DNA of 63,430 bases, filler included, from Octopus bimaculoides (taxonomy: Eukaryota): NCBI RefSeq assembly GCF_001194135.2. It is 7 parts of 6 records of this genome, joined end to end, with 100 filler letters (N's around TTAATTAATTAA, not from the genome) between each part and the next. Parts side by side here need not be neighbours in the genome. Positions count along the whole stretch, not along the records: positions 1 to 7,691 come from NC_068983.1; positions 7,792 to 39,534 come from NC_068996.1; 5 more parts are not named here. One strand, written 5' to 3'. How positions within the stretch are numbered: the first letter of the stretch is position 1; the number at the start of each line of letters is the position of its first letter. Below are positions 1 to 11,900 of this stretch, in pieces. A program made the translations under genes and the position numbers. Below the pieces are notes generated by a model. It saw only the letters and a list, made by a program, of their open reading frames with translations, made no database searches and had not been told where the DNA came from.

Positions 1-45
<45 letters not shown>

Positions 46-514
46 TTTTTGCATTTATTATGATGTGAAATTGTGTGTTGAATCTGATGTTATTTTACCT
101 TGGAAATGTCACTTTGTGACACATATTGCTCATATCTCGTTTTTGATTATTATCTGTCAACAAGTTCATTAATTATGTAATTAATTAATCAATTACTTGT
201 CGCCGTTTGGTGACTTAATAACATGCCCTCATCTGCTCAACTTCTTTCGGAAGTAGAGCAGTTGAGTACATGTCCTTGATGCAGTTCCTGACAACAACGA
301 AAGGACTCTAGTGAACCAAATTATTGACGGATCAAATGATTGATTGAAGAATTGATTGGTTGATTAGCTAAGTGGTTAACTAGTTGTCAAACAATAATAA
401 AAAATAAGTAATTATAAGTAATGTGTGTTTTTTATCAGGAAATGATTTTCCCAAGGTACAGTAACACATACACACACACTTATATAAATGTGTGTGTGTG
501 TGTGTGTGTGTGCT

Positions 515-670
515 AGTATGACCTTGTGGTTAAGAAGCTTGCTTTGCAACCATGTGGTTTCAGGTTCAGTCTCACCTCACAGTACCTTGGGTAAGTGTCT
601 TCTACTATGGTTTCCAGCCAACCAACTCCTGAGTAAATCTGGTAGACAGAAACTGTGTGGAAGTCTGTCA
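515..670 (+). mobile_element. Degenerate 5' part (tRNA-like head) of SINE family A
   Basis: ccttgtggttaagaagcttgc...ggttcagtc...ccttgggtaagtgtcttctactat...ggtagacagaaactg aligns by eye to the intact copy at 3494-3901. Confidence 0.7.
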
Positions 671-908
671 TTTATATATACTAGGTTGGTCAAAAGTTCT
701 GTTTCAAACAATCTAATTAGTCGCTAACATCAGTGTCCCTTGCTAGATACTTGACCATACTTCAACATAGTTCAGCACGAACTTGTGAGGAGACAGATTG
801 TATTTTGTGTGCTTAGGATTACCCTGAAAATATAGAAACAAAACAAACATTATTGACAGCTCATGCTTTTTATTTTGAAAAAAGTAAGAAAGCAGTATGT
901 GCAATAAA

Positions 909-1311
909 TTACTCTTTTACCTGTTTCAGCCATTTGACTGTGGCCATGCTGGAGCACTACCTTTAGTCGATTAAATCGACCCCAGGACTTATTCTTTGGA
1001 TGCCTAGCACTTATTGTATCGATCTCTTTTGCCGAACCGCTAAGTTACGGGGACGTAAACACACCAGCATCGGTTGTCAAGCGATGTTAGGGGGACAAAC
1101 ACAGGCACACATACACATACATACATATACATATATATACTTATATACGACAGGCTTCTTTCAGTTTCCGTCTGCCAAATACACTCACAAGGCTTTGGTC
1201 GGCCCAAGGCTATAGTAGAAAACACTTGCCCAAGGTGTCACGCAGTGGGACTGAACTCGGAACCATGTGGTTGGTAAGCAAGCTACTTACCACACAGCCA
1301 CTCCTGCGCCT
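909..1311 (-). mobile_element. tRNA-derived SINE family A, full length with internal (TA/CA)n
   Basis: Minus strand begins AGGCGCAGGAGTGGCTGTGTGG (A box), has a B-box-like GAGTTCAGTCC and ends ...ggctgaaacaggtaaaagagtaa; near-identical copies at 2281, 3494, 57548. Confidence 0.9.
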
Positions 1312-1499
1312 ACAATGCACAAAATATCTTAATTTTTTTACACAATTCCTACTAATATTTGATTATAAAAATACAGTAAGATTTTTTTTTTTTTTTGTAT
1401 GCAGTGAATGGCTATGTAGCTCCAGTAGAGTAGAATAGGAATCAAAGGAGCTCATAGGCAAAATGTATGAGAACCACTGGTCTATAACTGTGAAGTGCA

Positions 1500-1872
1500 A
1501 ATGATTATGGAGGAAGTGCATTGAACCATCACAAATAACCTCCAAAGAAGGTTATGCTTTCACTTGGTGAGATTGGAATGACATTGTCTTTGACAGGCTG
1601 GCTCCCATCAATTTGGATGTGTACTGTGACCAGATGGACAAATACGACACGGCAATCCATTAGAAGCATCCAGCACTTGCTAATCACAAGGGCATTGTCT
1701 GACATTACCATTGTCTTATATTACCATAGTCTTACATTACCATTTTCTTACATTACCATGACAACACCAAACCAAACACTTCTTTGCAAAGCAGCAGTTA
1801 CCGGAGCTTGGTGGGAAAGTCTTGCTTCATCCATCATATTTGCCTGATCTTAAACCTTCAGATTTCCAACTA
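1500..1872 (+). mobile_element. Mariner transposase C-terminal remnant (pseudogene)
   Basis: Frameshifted translation gives PKKVML, INLDVYCDQMDK, HPALANHKGIV, HDNTKP, LGGKVLLHPSYLPDLKPSDF (cf. mariner HDNARPH and HPPYSPDLAPSD motifs). Confidence 0.85.
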
Positions 1873-2220
1873 GGGTGTGTCAGTGATGAGGTTGTGAATG
1901 GTGATGAAAGAACTTCGACAAAACTAGCTAACTGACTGGTTAACTGAACAATTGATTATTTAATTAGGGAGATAGTTAATCAATTAAGGAAAAAAATAAA
2001 TAAATGAGCGAAATAGAACCAGCGTGTGTATTAATTATTCACATAATGACTCTCTTGAGATACAACAAAATATGTTTTAATACATGAGTTCACATCAAGA
2101 AATTAGAAAACTAAATACATAAATGAGATATAGAAGTAACTACACAACATCCTTCAAAACTTCCATGCTTCTTGAAATTTTCCAACAATACACCAGATGC
2201 CCTCAACCAACCAACGTCTG

Positions 2221-2278
2221 TTTCTTCTTCTTCATCATCTTTTTCTTCTTCTTCTTCTTCTTCTTCTTCTTCTTCTAC
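2221..2278. repeat. (TTC)n microsatellite abutting a SINE-A tail
   Basis: Direct reading. Confidence 0.95.
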
Positions 2279-2280
2279 TC

Positions 2281-2480
2281 TTTACTCTTTACTCTTTTAC
2301 TTGTTTCAGTCATTTGACTGCGGCCATGCTGGAGCAAATTGACCCCAGAGCTTATTCTTTCTAAGCCTAGTACTTATTCTATTGGTCTCTTTTGCCAAAC
2401 CACTAAGTTACAGGGACTTAAACACACCGCCATCGGTTGTCAAGCGATGCTGGGGGGGGACAAGCAGACACACAAACATA

Positions 2481-2536
<56 letters not shown>

Positions 2537-2695
2537 CACATTTATATACATATACGACGGGCTTCTTCCAGTTTCCGTCTACCAAATCCACTCACAAGGC
2601 TTTGGTCCACCCGAGGTTATAGCAGAAGACACTTGCCCAAGGTGCCACGCAATGGGACTGAACCCGGGACCATGTGGTTTGTAAGCAAGCTACTT
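2281..2695 (-). mobile_element. SINE family A copy
   Basis: Same head, body and tail as 909-1311, with internal (CA)n. Confidence 0.9.
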
Positions 2696-3247
2696 CGTTT
2701 TTTTTTTGTTTTTTTTTTTGTAAGACTTTCCCTGTTCACTTCCTGTGCATATTTTATGTACTGTTCATACTTTTTCTGATGAGTTGTCGCCTCCCTGAGC
2801 ACTGCATACCATAAGTTCATCATATATTATATTCTGCATTAATCGAAGGGAGGCAACTCTATCAACGAACCTAAACTATCATCAGAAGGCTGCCGTTTCC
2901 TACAAAAATCAATGCCGCCCCTGGAAAATCTAACGTCAATAAAAAGGGCATGCAGGAGGTCGTTCGACCTGCTAGACATAGCAACCAAATTTCTCTCAAA
3001 TCATATACTATTTTCTAAAAAGCGCTAGCACATTTTGAAATAACAAATTTGGTGACCCTTCCATCACCTATATTTTGAATACTCATTGTCTGAATAGTTT
3101 TTGAAATATGGAATAAAAGATTGAAGGAAACACTCATCTTTACAACATTTCCTTTAAAAACCATTGTGAAAGACACATGTGAAAACAGCAGCTTCAGGTG
3201 TAAACAAGGTGTGGACACACACACACACGCACACACACACACACCTG

Positions 3248-3320
3248 ATACATACATACGGACATACATACATACATACATACATACATACATACATACA
3301 TGCATACATACATACATACG

Positions 3321-3351
<31 letters not shown>

Positions 3352-3493
3352 GTATGAGTATGTCTAGACATGCAGCTATATGTATGAGAATACATATATA
3401 AAACAAAACATACAAATCTACATACATACATACATAAATACTTACATGCATGCATGCATGTATACATACATATATACATACATACATACATAC
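3248..3493 (+). repeat. (TACA)n array containing a ~75-nt 3' terminus of the TACA-associated R4-clade LINE
   Basis: gtatgtctagacatgcagctatatgtatgagaatacatatataaaacaaaacatacaaatct (~3345-3420) matches the 3' UTRs at ~14290, ~15530 and ~17215. Confidence 0.85.
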
Positions 3494-3901
3494 AGGCGTA
3501 GGAGGGGCTGTGTGGTAAGTAGCTTGCTTACCAACTACATGGTCCCGGGTTCAGTCCCACTGCGTGGCATCTTGGGCAAGTGTCTTCTACTATAGCCTCG
3601 GGCCGACCAAAGCCTTGTGAGTGGATTTGGTAGACGGAAACTGAAAGAAGCCCGTCGTATATATGTATATATATATATATATATGTATGTGTGTCTGTGT
3701 TTGTCCCCCCAACATCGCTTGACAACCGATGCTGGTGTGTTTATGTCCCCGTAACTTAGCGGTTCGGCAAAAGAGACCGATAGAATAAGTACCAGGCTTC
3801 TAAAGAATAAGTCCTGGGGTCGATTTGCTCGACTAAAGGCGGTGCTCCAGCATAGCCACAGTCAAAAGACTGAAACAAGTAAAAGAGTACAAAAAGAGTA
3901 C
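3494..3901 (+). mobile_element. SINE family A, full length
   Basis: AGGCGTAGGAGGGGCTGTGTGG head, GGGTTCAGTCC B box, tail gactgaaacaagtaaaagagtacaaaaagagtac. Confidence 0.9.
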
Positions 3902-4440
3902 ATGTTAATGTTAAGAAAACTCTAATGAGATCTAAACAGCATGTCTTCAGAGAAGCAACTCCACTGAGGCAAATGTTTCGCCCCTTAATTTCTTACAGCC
4001 TAAACGAGATGGCATGCATCCAGGTCATGACTCCTGAGTGCATTTCTGTTGACACTTTTTAGCCACATGGATATTGTAGACTTGTGCATTTAAACCGCCT
4101 GGAGATTTCAACTAGTTTTAAATCCTTTCCATTGACACAGCTTTCAGATTTATACTTAGAAATATCCAGTAATTCTTTCTGAAATTATGCCCAACTATCC
4201 TTTAAAAACTAATTGGAAGATTTATTTAATAGTGTCCTATCTATACTATATCATAAACAGAAAGAAAGAAAAAAGAAAAGAAGTTATAGGTGTAATGGAC
4301 TTCGTCAATGTTCGTTTCAAATAGGGATGACCTAGGGCTAAACAAATATATGCGATGCAAAGGATACTGAAGAACGCCATGAATGTATTCAACAAATGTC
4401 TCCGCGTCGGTGGATTATGAAATAAATAAACGAAGAAATA

Positions 4441-4658
4441 TTCTTTTCTACTCTATGCACAAGGCCCGAAATTTTGGGTGGGGTGGGGGCAGTCGATTAG
4501 ATCGACCCCAGTACGTAATTGGTACTTAAAATATCGACCCCGAATGGATGAAAGGCAAAGTCGACCTCGGCGGAATTCGAACTCAGAACGTAGCGGCTGA
4601 CGAAATACCGCTAAGCCTTTCGCCCAGCGTGCTAACGTTTCTGCCAGCTCACCGCCTT
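4441..4658 (-). mobile_element. tRNA-derived SINE family B
   Basis: Minus strand: GGCGGTGAGCTGGCAGAAACGTTAGCACG...GAGTTCGAATTCCGCCGAGGTCGACTTTGCCTTTCATCC...; many copies in the window. Confidence 0.9.
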
Positions 4659-5564
4659 ATGAACGCAGAAATATTGCATTAAGAAATGTGACGTTTGTAA
4701 TGGTTGGCAAAGTAAAGTTTGGAGAATGGTTGGGTAAATAAATTTGGGACAAAACGTTGCCCGAACGTTAGTGGAAAATGTCCAAAACGTTAAAATTCTT
4801 TTCTCACCATGATACATAAATATACACAATCAATGATCCGTCTTTCTCCCTTTTTTCATTATTTACTTTTCCAGATTATTTCTTTATAAGTGGTAGCCTC
4901 CCTTGCACCAATAATAGGAACTTACCTCCCTTGATAGTTTAAGTTTTGGTCTTTTACCATTACTCAGTCGATTAGAAATAACAGTCAAATCTTCAAGTCA
5001 ATGCCTACCATTTAAAAACATTAGATAATGTAATCTTTATCGACTCTGTTAGAAAAATGTACAATGTAATCTTGTATACATTTGGTCTGAAAAACATTTG
5101 GAAACCTTTGTTCATAGTTTTCCTCAAACAGGACGGATCTAAGTTTAAGTAACAAAGCTGTTACTGTTTTATTTTAGTTAATTCCTTCATAAAATTAATC
5201 AAATTTTAAAATCTAAAATTTCTGTCTTCCTTTCATTTTCTAATTCTTCCTGATGTTGTATTTAAAAAGACATTGAGCTAATCTGCTTAACAGATAGCTT
5301 TGATCCTTAAAATTTACAAAAGTGTTTGCATTCGTCTGATTGTTCAATTAAGGTTACACCTCTCTATTAGGTAGCACACATTGACTAATAGTCAAACTAT
5401 CAAAATCTACAAAGATCACCCTTTGAAAACGTAGAGTAAAAGAGTGAAAAATAAAACTAAATCAATAGAAAATTATTTGGTGATGCCATGGTTGAGAAGA
5501 AGACCCATCAAGCCAAGTGAAATTGTAATTGTGACAGATACTGGTGTCATGCAAATAGCATTTG

Positions 5565-5750
5565 TGCTAGTGGCATGTAAAAGCACCCATTACACTCTCA
5601 GAGTGTTGGCATTAGGAAGGGCATCCAAACATAGAAACCATGCCAAATCAGACTAGAGACTGGTACAGCCTTCCAGCTTGCTAGCCCTGGTCAAACCGTC
5701 CAACCCATGACAGCATGCACAACGGACATTAAATAATGATGATGATGATG
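5565..5750 (+). mobile_element. SINE family C 3' portion with (GAT)n tail
   Basis: ttggcattaggaagggcatcca...gtccaacccatgacagcatg...ggacattaaataatgatgatgat; homologous to 61450 and 63085. Confidence 0.8.
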
Positions 5751-6494
5751 GTATCAAATTGATTTAGGAGGTAAATATGATTATTTAGAATATATAAAGC
5801 AATATGCCATTAAAATTATTCTCAGATCAACAAAAGAACTTATATATGTAAGGAAGGGATATGAATTGAACCTATGACCTCACACTGATGCAATTTTATC
5901 AACTTTACAGTCAATGAGGGAATTTCTACTTTGCTGTACTAGAAATAGCAACTAAATCTCTCTTACATTACATTCTACACTCATTTTACAATGTCATCTT
6001 CGATACATTGTGCTTGATGAAAAGAAACCCAGATCACCATGACTGAAATCTCTTTGATTATAACTCTGGTTGATCAAGGGTCACCTGATCAATCAGTTAT
6101 AATGAATGACAACAACAACAAAGTCATGTGACCTTGGACTATTTTCCTGAATTTTAATTTTTCTTCTTAAAGTGACAAGAGAAAGGTAGTGTCCATGACT
6201 TTTTTTTACAGGGCCTCTGAAACTGGTGGTGGGGAGAAATTAGGAAAGTTTCCTTAACCAGAGGCTGGGTTGAATGCTTGCTACGAAATAAACCCTAGGT
6301 ACCAGGTGATGGTATTAAAATAGATAAAAGATTAAGTCTACAACCCAAGTAGGCCATGATGGGACTTGAACACAGAATGCAAGAAATCAAAACATAACCA
6401 CAAGGAATTTATTCAAATGTTCGAACAGGTTCACCAATCCACAGCCTTGGGTTTACCTTTTTTTTTCTTTTCACTGTCCTCAACCCACAAAAAA

Positions 6495-6900
6495 AATTAT
6501 TAAAAGCAAAGTTGACCTCAGCAGAATTTTAACTCAGATTGCAGAGACTGTACTAATACAGCAAAGCATTCCGTTCAACATTCTAATGGCTCTGCCAATT
6601 TGGCTACACTGCATAAATACCTCATGTATTATTAGTCCAGCATTCTACCATTTCTGACATTCCAACAATCTCTAACTATGATATTGATTTCAAATTTTGG
6701 CACAAGGCCAGCAATTTTAGGGGAGGGAGCTAGCTGATTATATCACCCCCAGTGCTCAAAAGATACTTATTTTATCTACTCCAGAAGGATGAACAGCAAA
6801 GTTGACCTTGGCAGAATTTGAACCCAGAATGTAAAGATGGAGGAATTGCCGCTAAGCATTTTGCCTGATATGTTAACGGTTCTGTCAGCTCACTGCCATA
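6495..6900 (-). mobile_element. Two degenerate SINE-B copies (6495-6610 partial; 6670-6900)
   Basis: gcaaagttgacct(c/t)ggcagaattt(t/g)aac(t/c)caga motif twice; end ttctgtcagctcactgcc. Confidence 0.8.
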
Positions 6901-7089
6901 ATCTCTAATTCTGATATTAGATGTTTGAAATTCTTTTTCATCTGCTTTTGATACAAATATGAATTTTTAAATGAATAGCTGAACTAGTTACGCAATTAGA
7001 AGAAATATTTAACTCAATATGAACCAAACAATTAACAAATGAAAACAAAAAGAAATCTTTATTTGCTCCACATATTCTTTTGTCTTATA

Positions 7090-7325
7090 GCTTTTACTTG
7101 TTTCAATCATTAGATAGTGGCCATACTGGGGCACTGACTTGAAAGGTTAACTTGAACTAATGAAACCCAGTAGTTACTTTTATAAAGTCTGATACTTATT
7201 CTAACAGTCTCTTTTTGCTGAACCACTAAGTTACAGAGACAAATAAACCAATGCCAGTTGTCAAGCAATGTGATGGGGGACAAACATGAAAACAAATACA
7301 CACACACACACGAGCACGCACACAT
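7090..7325 (-). mobile_element. SINE-A 3' half, diverged
   Basis: cttttacttgtttcaatcatt...gccatactgg...ggggacaaaca. Confidence 0.75.
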
Positions 7326-7331
7326 ACATAC

Positions 7332-7369
<38 letters not shown>

Positions 7370-7691
7370 ATGGTGGTTGGCGTTTAGGAAGGGTATCCAG
7401 CTGTAGAAACTCTATGAAATGCTGTGCGTGAGAAGACCCAGCAAGCCTAGTGAGACCTAAATCTAAGGCCTCAGCCAGTCCACTTAGGCGTACCTTCCTT
7501 CATTGGACACTAAACTCCACTTGCGAAGACCTGTTGAGGCAAGTGAAATCGAAATCGAGTTAAATTCGACAACTGGCACCCATGCCAACATCGTCTCCTT
7601 CATTGGACACGAAACTCAGCTTACGAAGACTTATTGGGGCAAGCGAAAGCAAAATTGTGATGGCACCTGTGCCCAGCATCGCCTTTCTGGC
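7370..7691 (+). mobile_element. SINE-like dispersed repeat with internal ~97-bp duplication
   Basis: Starts with the SINE-C motif tggttggcgtttaggaagggtatccagctgtagaaac; ccttcattggacac...cttgcgaagac...ggcaag unit occurs at ~7497 and ~7596. Confidence 0.6.
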
Positions 7692-8270
7692 NNNNNNNNN
7701 NNNNNNNNNNNNNNNNNNNNNNNNNNNNNNNNNNNTTAATTAATTAANNNNNNNNNNNNNNNNNNNNNNNNNNNNNNNNNNNNNNNNNNNNATAATTACT
7801 ATTTTCATTAGCAGTTTCTAATATAGTATTAAGCAATTTAGGTAATAAATAAAAAATTTTTAACACAAATTTGGCAGTTAGTAATAAATGAAAGTCCATG
7901 AATTGATGTCGCAATTGTAGTGGGGATTATGGATCCTATATCTTACTTGAAGCGTTTTGTATAATGCACTTATTTTTCTCGTATTGCCTGACACAACCGC
8001 ATTGAAGCTTTTTTCAATGAAAGTCATGTATGACAGAAAAGCAAACCTTTATAGCAAACCCACAAATAGAAAAAGGGCATGTACAAAAATAAATGTCAGA
8101 ACATGCTTATGAGCGAACAGCGTGCTTGAAGTAAGAAGGATCATTGAAGTTAATGTACTGTTATCAGCAATCAAGGAAATGAAGCAAAATATCAATGAAA
8201 TGCTTGCATGAAGTCTGCTTGCTAACGGCTACAGTTTGGCGTAGATGTGAAGAATGCAATAGAGGAATAT

Positions 8271-8523
8271 CTACTGTAGGCCTGCTTTGTAGATGACATT
8301 TTTTGTTTTTCCTTCAGGAGTATAGATAAATAAGTTGTCTGGATGGCCAACTCTGGAACAACTAACGTAGAACTGTCCATGTGAAATGCACGATGTTCGA
8401 AGGTCCAATCCGACAACTTTCAGCGACTGACCTTGTGCTTTGTTGTCATGGCGAAGCTGAGTTTCAGAGGAAACTGAAGTCTCTGCATAGGGTAGGGTCA
8501 GTCTGTTGTGGTTAGCGGAATTT
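8271..8523 (-). mobile_element. Helitron RepHel C-terminal PIF1 helicase fragment
   Basis: IPL..TD*PYPMQRLQFPLKLSFAMT /frameshift/ NKAQGQSLKVVGLDLRTSCISHGQFYVSCSRVGHPDNLFIYTPEGKTKNVIY; typical Helitron helicase end. Confidence 0.92.
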
Positions 8524-8526
8524 TCT

Positions 8527-9201
8527 TTCAAAATTACCATTCGAAGCGACCGTACACCTGCCAGAGAACACGGAAGATGCTTCAACCGACCTAAAACTGA
8601 TGAGGTTCCTATTTTGATCTGCGGTTCTCATGAAGCCTTCTCCAACAGGGATATCATAATTGAAGGGCAGCTGAAGAAAATAAATGAACTGAACCCCGCT
8701 TACAATGCCCTTCAGTCTCCGCTCTTCTTCCTCAAAGGCAACGATGGTTACAGCACAGATATTCCACTAATTCTACCTGCAATACACCAGCCTGTACAAC
8801 CCTCCAAAATGGTTTCTGCCGAAGACTACGCTTCCAGCCGTGATATTACCATCGAACATATGTCCATTATTTGTCCATTCTGTGCAGCATACAAGTAGCC
8901 AAGAGAAACCAAAAGTTTATGCTGCTCAAACGGTAAGGTTTGCCTTCCGGAAATACAGACAACTCCAGAACCACAGAAGTCTCTATTATTTGGTGACTAT
9001 CACGATTCACCGCACTTCATCAGAAATATTCGGACATACAATTCTGCCTTCCATATGACCGGCTTTGGACACAGATCCATCAACCACGGAACCTTCATAT
9101 CTACGTTCATGATTCAAGGTCAAACATACCACCAGATCGGTTCCATCTTTCCACATAAGGATGCCCAACATAAGTTCCTTCAAATTTACTTCATGGGAGA
9201 C
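8527..9201 (+). mobile_element. Helitron RepHel N-terminal fragments (two pieces, permuted order)
   Basis: KITIRSDRTPAREHGRCFNRP...AYNALQSPLFFLKGNDGY, then in frame CPFCAAYK*PRETKSLCCSNGKV...YNSAFHMTGFG...QGQTYHQIGS...KFLQIYFMGD. Confidence 0.9.
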
Positions 9202-9383
9202 CTTATTTTAAAAATTTATTGATATATTTTAACTTTATCTTAACTTCATCATTATTAATAAATCCATAAAAATTAGGGAGTTTACTCTAGTTTTAATTAC
9301 TTTGTGATATACGAATATCATCAAAACAATTTTAAAAAATAACTATTGTGGAAACTTATTATAGTACAATAGGATATAATGCC

Positions 9384-10449
9384 TTATATTTGCAGGTAGA
9401 AATTACTGTCTTTTGCATGGATCTTTTTCAGCAATGAAAAACTGCATTCTACAATAGCTATTGTCACTTGGGATTGTATTAGATCTGCATATTCCACAAG
9501 TGAAACTTTGGGGTTCATTAGTTGAATTACTAAATTGGTTTGGTTTTCATTGAATCTAAAATTAATGTGATTCATGATGTAACATGGGTCTTTGCTGAAT
9601 TTCAATTCTTTCAGGCTTTTGTATGCATCGTAGATGGTAAAGGTTGTTGACTCAGCTTTCAAAAACAGATTTGGGTGAAGTCCTGATCTCAGGATTTCGC
9701 ACAGCTTCTTTCGCTCTCGGCACCAGAATGCTTTTGTTCTCAAAACTCTCTACAATTTTCGTAACTTCTGTAAGGTCCTTGCTCATAGTAATTCCAGGCA
9801 TCCCACCAGCTACTCCACTCGGTCACAATTGGCTGAGGGGGAGTATCTGATTGTTTTGAATTGCTCTCAACGGTGTTTGTTTCTTACAGTAGCAGCCTTG
9901 ACGGTAGCAATCAGACAACTGATTACAGGATAGGAAGCCTTTATTTTTAGAGCACAATAGGTGAGAGAGGCAGATTACATGGAAAAGCTTAGGGTACATA
10001 ACTTGCAATGTTGCTCCGGCAGCTATGATATACCGAGCAGCACAAGACAATAATAGCAGAAAACTTCCTGTCATACTTCTTAAAGTACAATCGATGATCT
10101 GCGCGAAGACTGCGGCAGTTAGAACTGATTCGAGCGGTAAACATTAAGAACGTTTCTCGAGGATTTTTAACTGAGCCAATAAGTACATTAACAATTTTTT
10201 ATTATCAATTTCACTTTGATCAACAATTAGAAATACATTTTGACCAGCCAGGCAGCTTTTGCAATTTACAACTGTGTTTGCACTAAACATATCAACATAT
10301 TTTTGGCGCGTAGATTCAGATGGCAATGGCTTATTGATAGAATCAAAGAGATTTCTCAAACTTGGATTAGTGAGCTCAATAAGGCAATGACAACAGAACT
10401 CCACAATCAACATCAAAAAGAGCCAGAAATGCGAAAGAAAATTATTCAA
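9384..10449 (-). mobile_element. hAT-type (CGGBP1-like) transposase pseudogene
   Basis: FLLLLSCAARYIIAAGATLQVMYPKLFHVICLSHLL (cf. LSDAAxYM...HVTCLAH), PQPIVTEWSSWWDAWNYY (cf. PxxTRW), VTIAIVECSFSLLKKI (cf. hATC SxxxERSFS); multiple frameshifts. Confidence 0.8.
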
Positions 10450-11833
10450 TTCAATTAATCTTAGATAAAAATTTACATAAAATATTTAACAACAAATTTA
10501 AATGATACATAAAAAGAATATATCAAAATATTATTAAGAAACATCACACTATACATTTATGTATAGTAAAAGAAATAGTAAAGAAAAGTACTTACTTTCG
10601 ACGGTAAATTTAGAATTCCTAAATAACAGGCCCAGAGAATTAAAACTGTAAGTAGATACACTTACAATTAGATGGTAATAAGTAATTCTATTCTTAATGA
10701 GGCCTGTTTCATGAATTGGAAAAAAAAAGATGCATATAATCAATATTAGCGGTTGGTATCGATCACAAATAACTAATATTGGTAAAAGTATCTTGAAGAC
10801 AGAAATTTCTCTTACAGAAAAACTATGCAGGTATGCTAGGCTTTTGGTTGTGTTCAAATGACTGGATGCACATAGTGTCAAATAATTTTCAACATTGAAA
10901 GGTAGGACAAGCCATAGAGAGTGTTAAAAATAGCTCCAAAGAGGTAGTCCAGTTCACCAGCTCCACTTAAAACTAGCAGAAATGTGTATCAAATTTAGGT
11001 TTAATCAATACATAGAAATATGTATCAATGAATTTATTTTCTTTCAGTATCTAAAAAAAACTTTGCTTTTTTTTTCAGTATAATTTCATTTTTTAAACCT
11101 TATTTTAACGTTACTGCACTATTTTAAACTTTATAAGCTTTAAAAAGTAATTAATTCGGTTGACGAATCATAAAAAAAGATCCTCGATTTAGTTTTAACC
11201 TTGAAACAAACGTTTCTATGCGCTTTAACTTTTTGGCAAAACATTGCCTTTATTCCAATTCTGGCATTCAACTGGCCGGTAGTTTTTTGCATGTATTGCT
11301 TTATTCCAATTCACTGTAAAAGTTCCTAAGCACAATATTTCTTGTTTAAATATGAGGAGACAAATGCATCCATTGACCTTCTAAAATACGATAAAGTTGA
11401 TAATATGATACCTCTCTGTATATTGAAAATAAAAGATAATAGCGGAATATAGGGCAATATACGAATCAGAATAATTAATAGTGGAATAAGTGTATAATAC
11501 ATAAAGCGTATTTAATATATATATTGATGACACACACATCATCAATATACATTAAATATATGTTTTAGAGTGTGGTTCTTTTTCGGATATATGATACACT
11601 GACGATGTATATGTATATATGTTGATTTGATTTACAATGAAAAAACGGAGAAAATTTATTTAATCACCAGAATTTATGAACATTGATTGAGCATTATGAA
11701 GAAGACAGCAGAATGAATATCCGAGTACAGAAACATAAACAGCCAATAATGAGAACTCGTGCAGAATAAATTATAAAGTAAATCATATGAAGGTGAACAA
11801 GCTCAACAGCTTGAAATGACAGTAACTCACAAA

Positions 11834-11900
11834 TATACATACATACATACATACATACATACATACATACATACATACATACATACATACATACATACAT
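11834..11900. repeat. (TACA)n array at the 3' end of the RTE element ((ATGT)n on the element strand)
   Basis: Begins ~45 nt after the RTE stop codon. Confidence 0.85.

Noticed and set aside
233-266. Small bistable hairpin CTGCTC..GAGCAG / CTCAACT..AGTTGAG
   Set aside because: Too short to exceed chance, with no supporting context.
2776-2859. CTGATGAG followed by an inverted repeat (GAGTTG..CCTCCCT / AGGGAGGCAACTC): possible hammerhead
   Set aside because: No GAAA after the stem, the stem consumes core bases, and stems I and III are absent.
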